Of a stretch of 64,000 bases of DNA, positions 60,888 to 64,000 are shown piece by piece. Position numbers and translations under genes: made by a program. The notes beneath the pieces were generated by a model, which was not told the origin of the DNA, ran no database searches, and saw nothing but the letters and a program-made list of their open reading frames with translations. The stretch spans positions 63,922,001-63,986,000 of the forward strand of contig CM060732.1 of assembly GCA_030704615.1 (NCBI GenBank), written 5' to 3'. Source of the stretch: Takakia lepidozioides (lineage: Eukaryota; Plantae; Bryophyta). Position 1 is the stretch's first letter. Each line of letters begins with the position of its first letter.

Positions 60888-63800
60888 CACTACAACAGAT
60901 TGCGGCTTTTACGACTCCCATGGGTGCGCAGTCATGACAGATTTGTGGCAGAAATGCCATTTGCAGTCATAAAATGCTTTTGAAGTCATAATGCAGGTCT
61001 GGGGAAGGCGTATATGCGACTGCATGGCTCCGGACTCTGCGGAACACAGGTCAAACATGTTTGACCACGAATATTGGCATGGCAGATATGACTACCAGTC
61101 ACGGTCATGGCTACACTAGAATGACGTGTGTATATTGCTAGAAAGACATATGACTTCATGACTCTCACTCTAATGCATTCTGCCAGATCATCACATGGAT
61201 GAATCACTACGTGACTGCACATGTCAACACATGCTTTTCTGGTTATACATATAATATATGAGTATTTATATTTTGAAAAAACGGAGACTCTGACCACTAG
61301 AATCAATTTAAAAAAAAACAAAATGCAATTTAAAAAAAAAAAAAAAAAAACACATCGGCTGGTAAGTGCACAGTGTGTCGCCCTGGTGGTTTGGGGTTCA
61401 AACCCGCTGCCTTATCCCGTGTGTGGGATTGTTCGTGACAGTATGTCTGGGCGTTGATCGTCCTATACGTCTTATGGCCCATTAATGAAGGCGGGTGAAA
61501 TTTCTCCCCTCCTCAAGGACATGTGGTTTCCTTTAAGAAAAGAAAAAAAAGAAAAAAAATCAAAGAGGGGCTTTTAGGGTTTACAAAAAGGTTAAAAAAC
61601 TTAAAAAGTTGCCCATCACGGTAGCGTGAACAGACTTAGAGCGAGCGGGAGGGAGAGAGAGAGAGGGTTGGGACTTAGAGCGAGCGAGCGGGAGAGAGGG
61701 CAAACATGCATGGGAGGCCCGCAGTTGGATCAACCTTCGCATTTGGAGCAAGCAACCCTAGAAACGCTACGGTATGTGTGCGAGGAGGTTTCGGCTGGGA
61801 GCCCGCCGTTCTTGGGAGAGTCAGCTTCGTCTTAGTAGGCCGTGTTTCAATCTCTACCCGCTCGGCCCTGATTTTACAGCACGGAGCAGAGCTGGCATGA
61901 GTTTCTAAAAGATCCTTCACGATGGTGGGACAACCGCAATCGCAAGGTGTGGCTTTTTCTTAATGTACGATGTGAAGAAGTTTGTCCATCCTGCAAATGT
62001 GGGCTGTTGGCTCCTGTTAGTACCATGATTTGGTATTCTTCCTGATGTTTCAAGGTTCTTGGGAGAGTCAGCTTGGTCTTAGCAGGCCGTGTTTCAATCT
62101 CTGCCTGCTCATCTGCACCGTGCTGGTTCTCACAGACCAAACCGACATTACCTGACTACAAGACACAAGCAGCACACACAAGAGGTCCTTTTGGGTTGAT
62201 GGTCGGTCAAATCCTCTATGGGTTCTTCTTCGACCTATTTCAGCCTGTTTTGCCCTCTCATCAGACTCGGCCTTGAGATGCATATTGAATTATGTAAGTT
62301 AGCTCGTTGCTCATTGATAAGTAGGGTTGGGGGTGTTTGCTGGAATGATTGTTGTATGCATGATTTTGTGCAGAGGCATAGATAGCTGAAGGAGCAGGGA
62401 TAGAGTGTGGAAGAGGGCCAGATTTCAAGCTCCGGATTATCTATGATTCCCTGTGGAAAGATAGATACAAGAAACCTGCATGGGTAGATGGTCAATTGGA
62501 AGCTGCAGCAGCATCAGCACAATTGATACAATCAAGCACTGCTAATGAAGACACCTTCTGAAACACATTTCACCCTATTTTCCCCTCTTATCAGAATCGG
62601 CCCTAAATTTTCATGTTCAATTCTGCAAGTTAGCTGGTTGAGTGAATCTAGTTGGAGTGACTTTGACATGATACTGCCAATGTGACAAGAGTATGCATTG
62701 AACCCATTGGTAGCGGGATATTGGGATATCTCTTGGCCATGTGCCATTGTCAAAGTTGAAACTGTACTAGTTGTCATTCTGACCACTGCCCTAGTGGACA
62801 TGTATGCCAAATGTGGGTGCAGCAAGCCTGATGCAAAGGGAGAGTTCGACAACATGGCTAAATGAGATGTGGTGTTGTGGACTGCCATGATTGTAAGGTG
62901 TGTGTAGCATAGATGTGGGAGTAAGGCTTTGGAAACCTAAGAACAAATGATGTGGGAAAGGATGAAGCCAAACCAGGTCATGTTCATTTGTGTTTGTTAA
63001 TATGCATATGCGAGCCTAGCAGCCCTGGGAAAGGGCCAAGAGGTTCATGGTGACATCATCAAAGGTGGAATTGTACCTGATGTCATTCTGAACATTCCCC
63101 TGGTGTACATGTATGTCAAATGCGAGCCTGGTAGCCCTGGAAAGGACGCAAAGGTCCATTATCAAATCTGGAATTGTACCACTAGATGTCACTCTAAACA
63201 CTGCCTTGGTGGATATGTATGTCAAATGCACGCCTGGCAGCCCTGAAAAAGGGTACAGAGGTCCACGGTGATATTATCAAAGCTGGTATTGTATTTGATG
63301 TGATTTTGAACGTTGCCGTAGTGGACATGTATGCCAAGGTTGCAGGGTACAACTACAAGGATACATGGTTGTTTTGATAATATGGCTGAATGAGATGTGG
63401 TACCAGCCTAGCCCATAATTGCACTTACCTAGAGTAGGCAATGAGTGAAGACGGGGTTTGTGATGTTGATCGTCCAAGCTGGAATTAAACAAATGTTGTT
63501 CTGAACTATGCCCTTGTGGACTTGTATGCCAAATTGGGGTGCATGGAGGATGATGATCCCAGGATATGCACAACAACGGCACGGGATGGAGGCCCTTTGG
63601 AGAGGTCTATGAGCAAGTGGTGTGGGAAGGGATACTGCAGTGCAACCACATCGCGTTTGTTACATTTGCAACATGTGTGCAAGCCTGGCAGCCCTGCAAA
63701 ATAGCAAAGAGGTTCGTGGTGGAATTGTACTAGATGTCGATCTGAACTTTGACATTATGCCAATGTGACAACAGGAAAGTATCCAGAAACAGGTCACAGA

Positions 63801-64000
63801 GACGAGGAGAAGTTGTGGAATGGTGGGACAACCGAGGGAAAAAGGTTAATGCCTGTTAGATTATAGAGGGCAGATGCAATTCAGCATAGGAACTAGTGTG
63901 ATAAGCTAAGTTGGGTGTTTCCTAGAACAAATGTAGGCTGTCATTATCAGCTGCAAGGCAAGGAAGTATGCATGATTTGTGCAGAAGCAGTGATAGCTGA
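60888..64000. mobile_element. Left end of a CACTA element inserted in the LINE (right end not seen)
   Basis: CACTACAACAGA begins exactly where homology to the LINE copy at 57967 breaks. AGTCAT/ATGACT subterminal repeats follow at 60930-61220. Confidence 0.7.
62690..63760 (+). pseudogene. Degenerate PLS-class pentatricopeptide-repeat fragments
   Basis: Repeated TALVDMYAKCG, FDNMA..DVVLWTAMI and ALEKG..VHGDIIK.GIVPDV motifs with many stops and frameshifts. Confidence 0.75.

Overview
This window is eukaryotic and made almost entirely of nested transposons. GT-AG introns, PLS-type PPR remnants and a PHD-bearing Gypsy integrase suggest a non-seed land plant (inference). From left to right: degraded FCP1/NIF-phosphatase gene fragments; a decayed Gypsy pol split by a 15.0-kb Mutator-like (MULE) element (4414-19448, 9-bp TSD); a short Copia gag remnant; a large CACTA/EnSpm-like element whose transposase intron holds a second, divergent 13.5-kb MULE (28920-42401, 9-bp TSD); two nested Gypsy elements; LINE fragments; and the left end of another CACTA carrying PPR debris. 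The main candidate for a new system is the pair of MULEs. Each carries a transposase and, head-to-head with it, a spliced gene encoding a ParB-like domain (DGNHR) fused to a bacterial-type beta-class amino-DNA-methyltransferase fold with an atypical DIPDG motif. Each also carries many non-coding copies of its own palindrome: a 116-bp hairpin satellite in one, about 30 phased ATTTCGGCGCCGAAAT sites in the other. All domain calls come from motif recognition by eye; no database searches were run.
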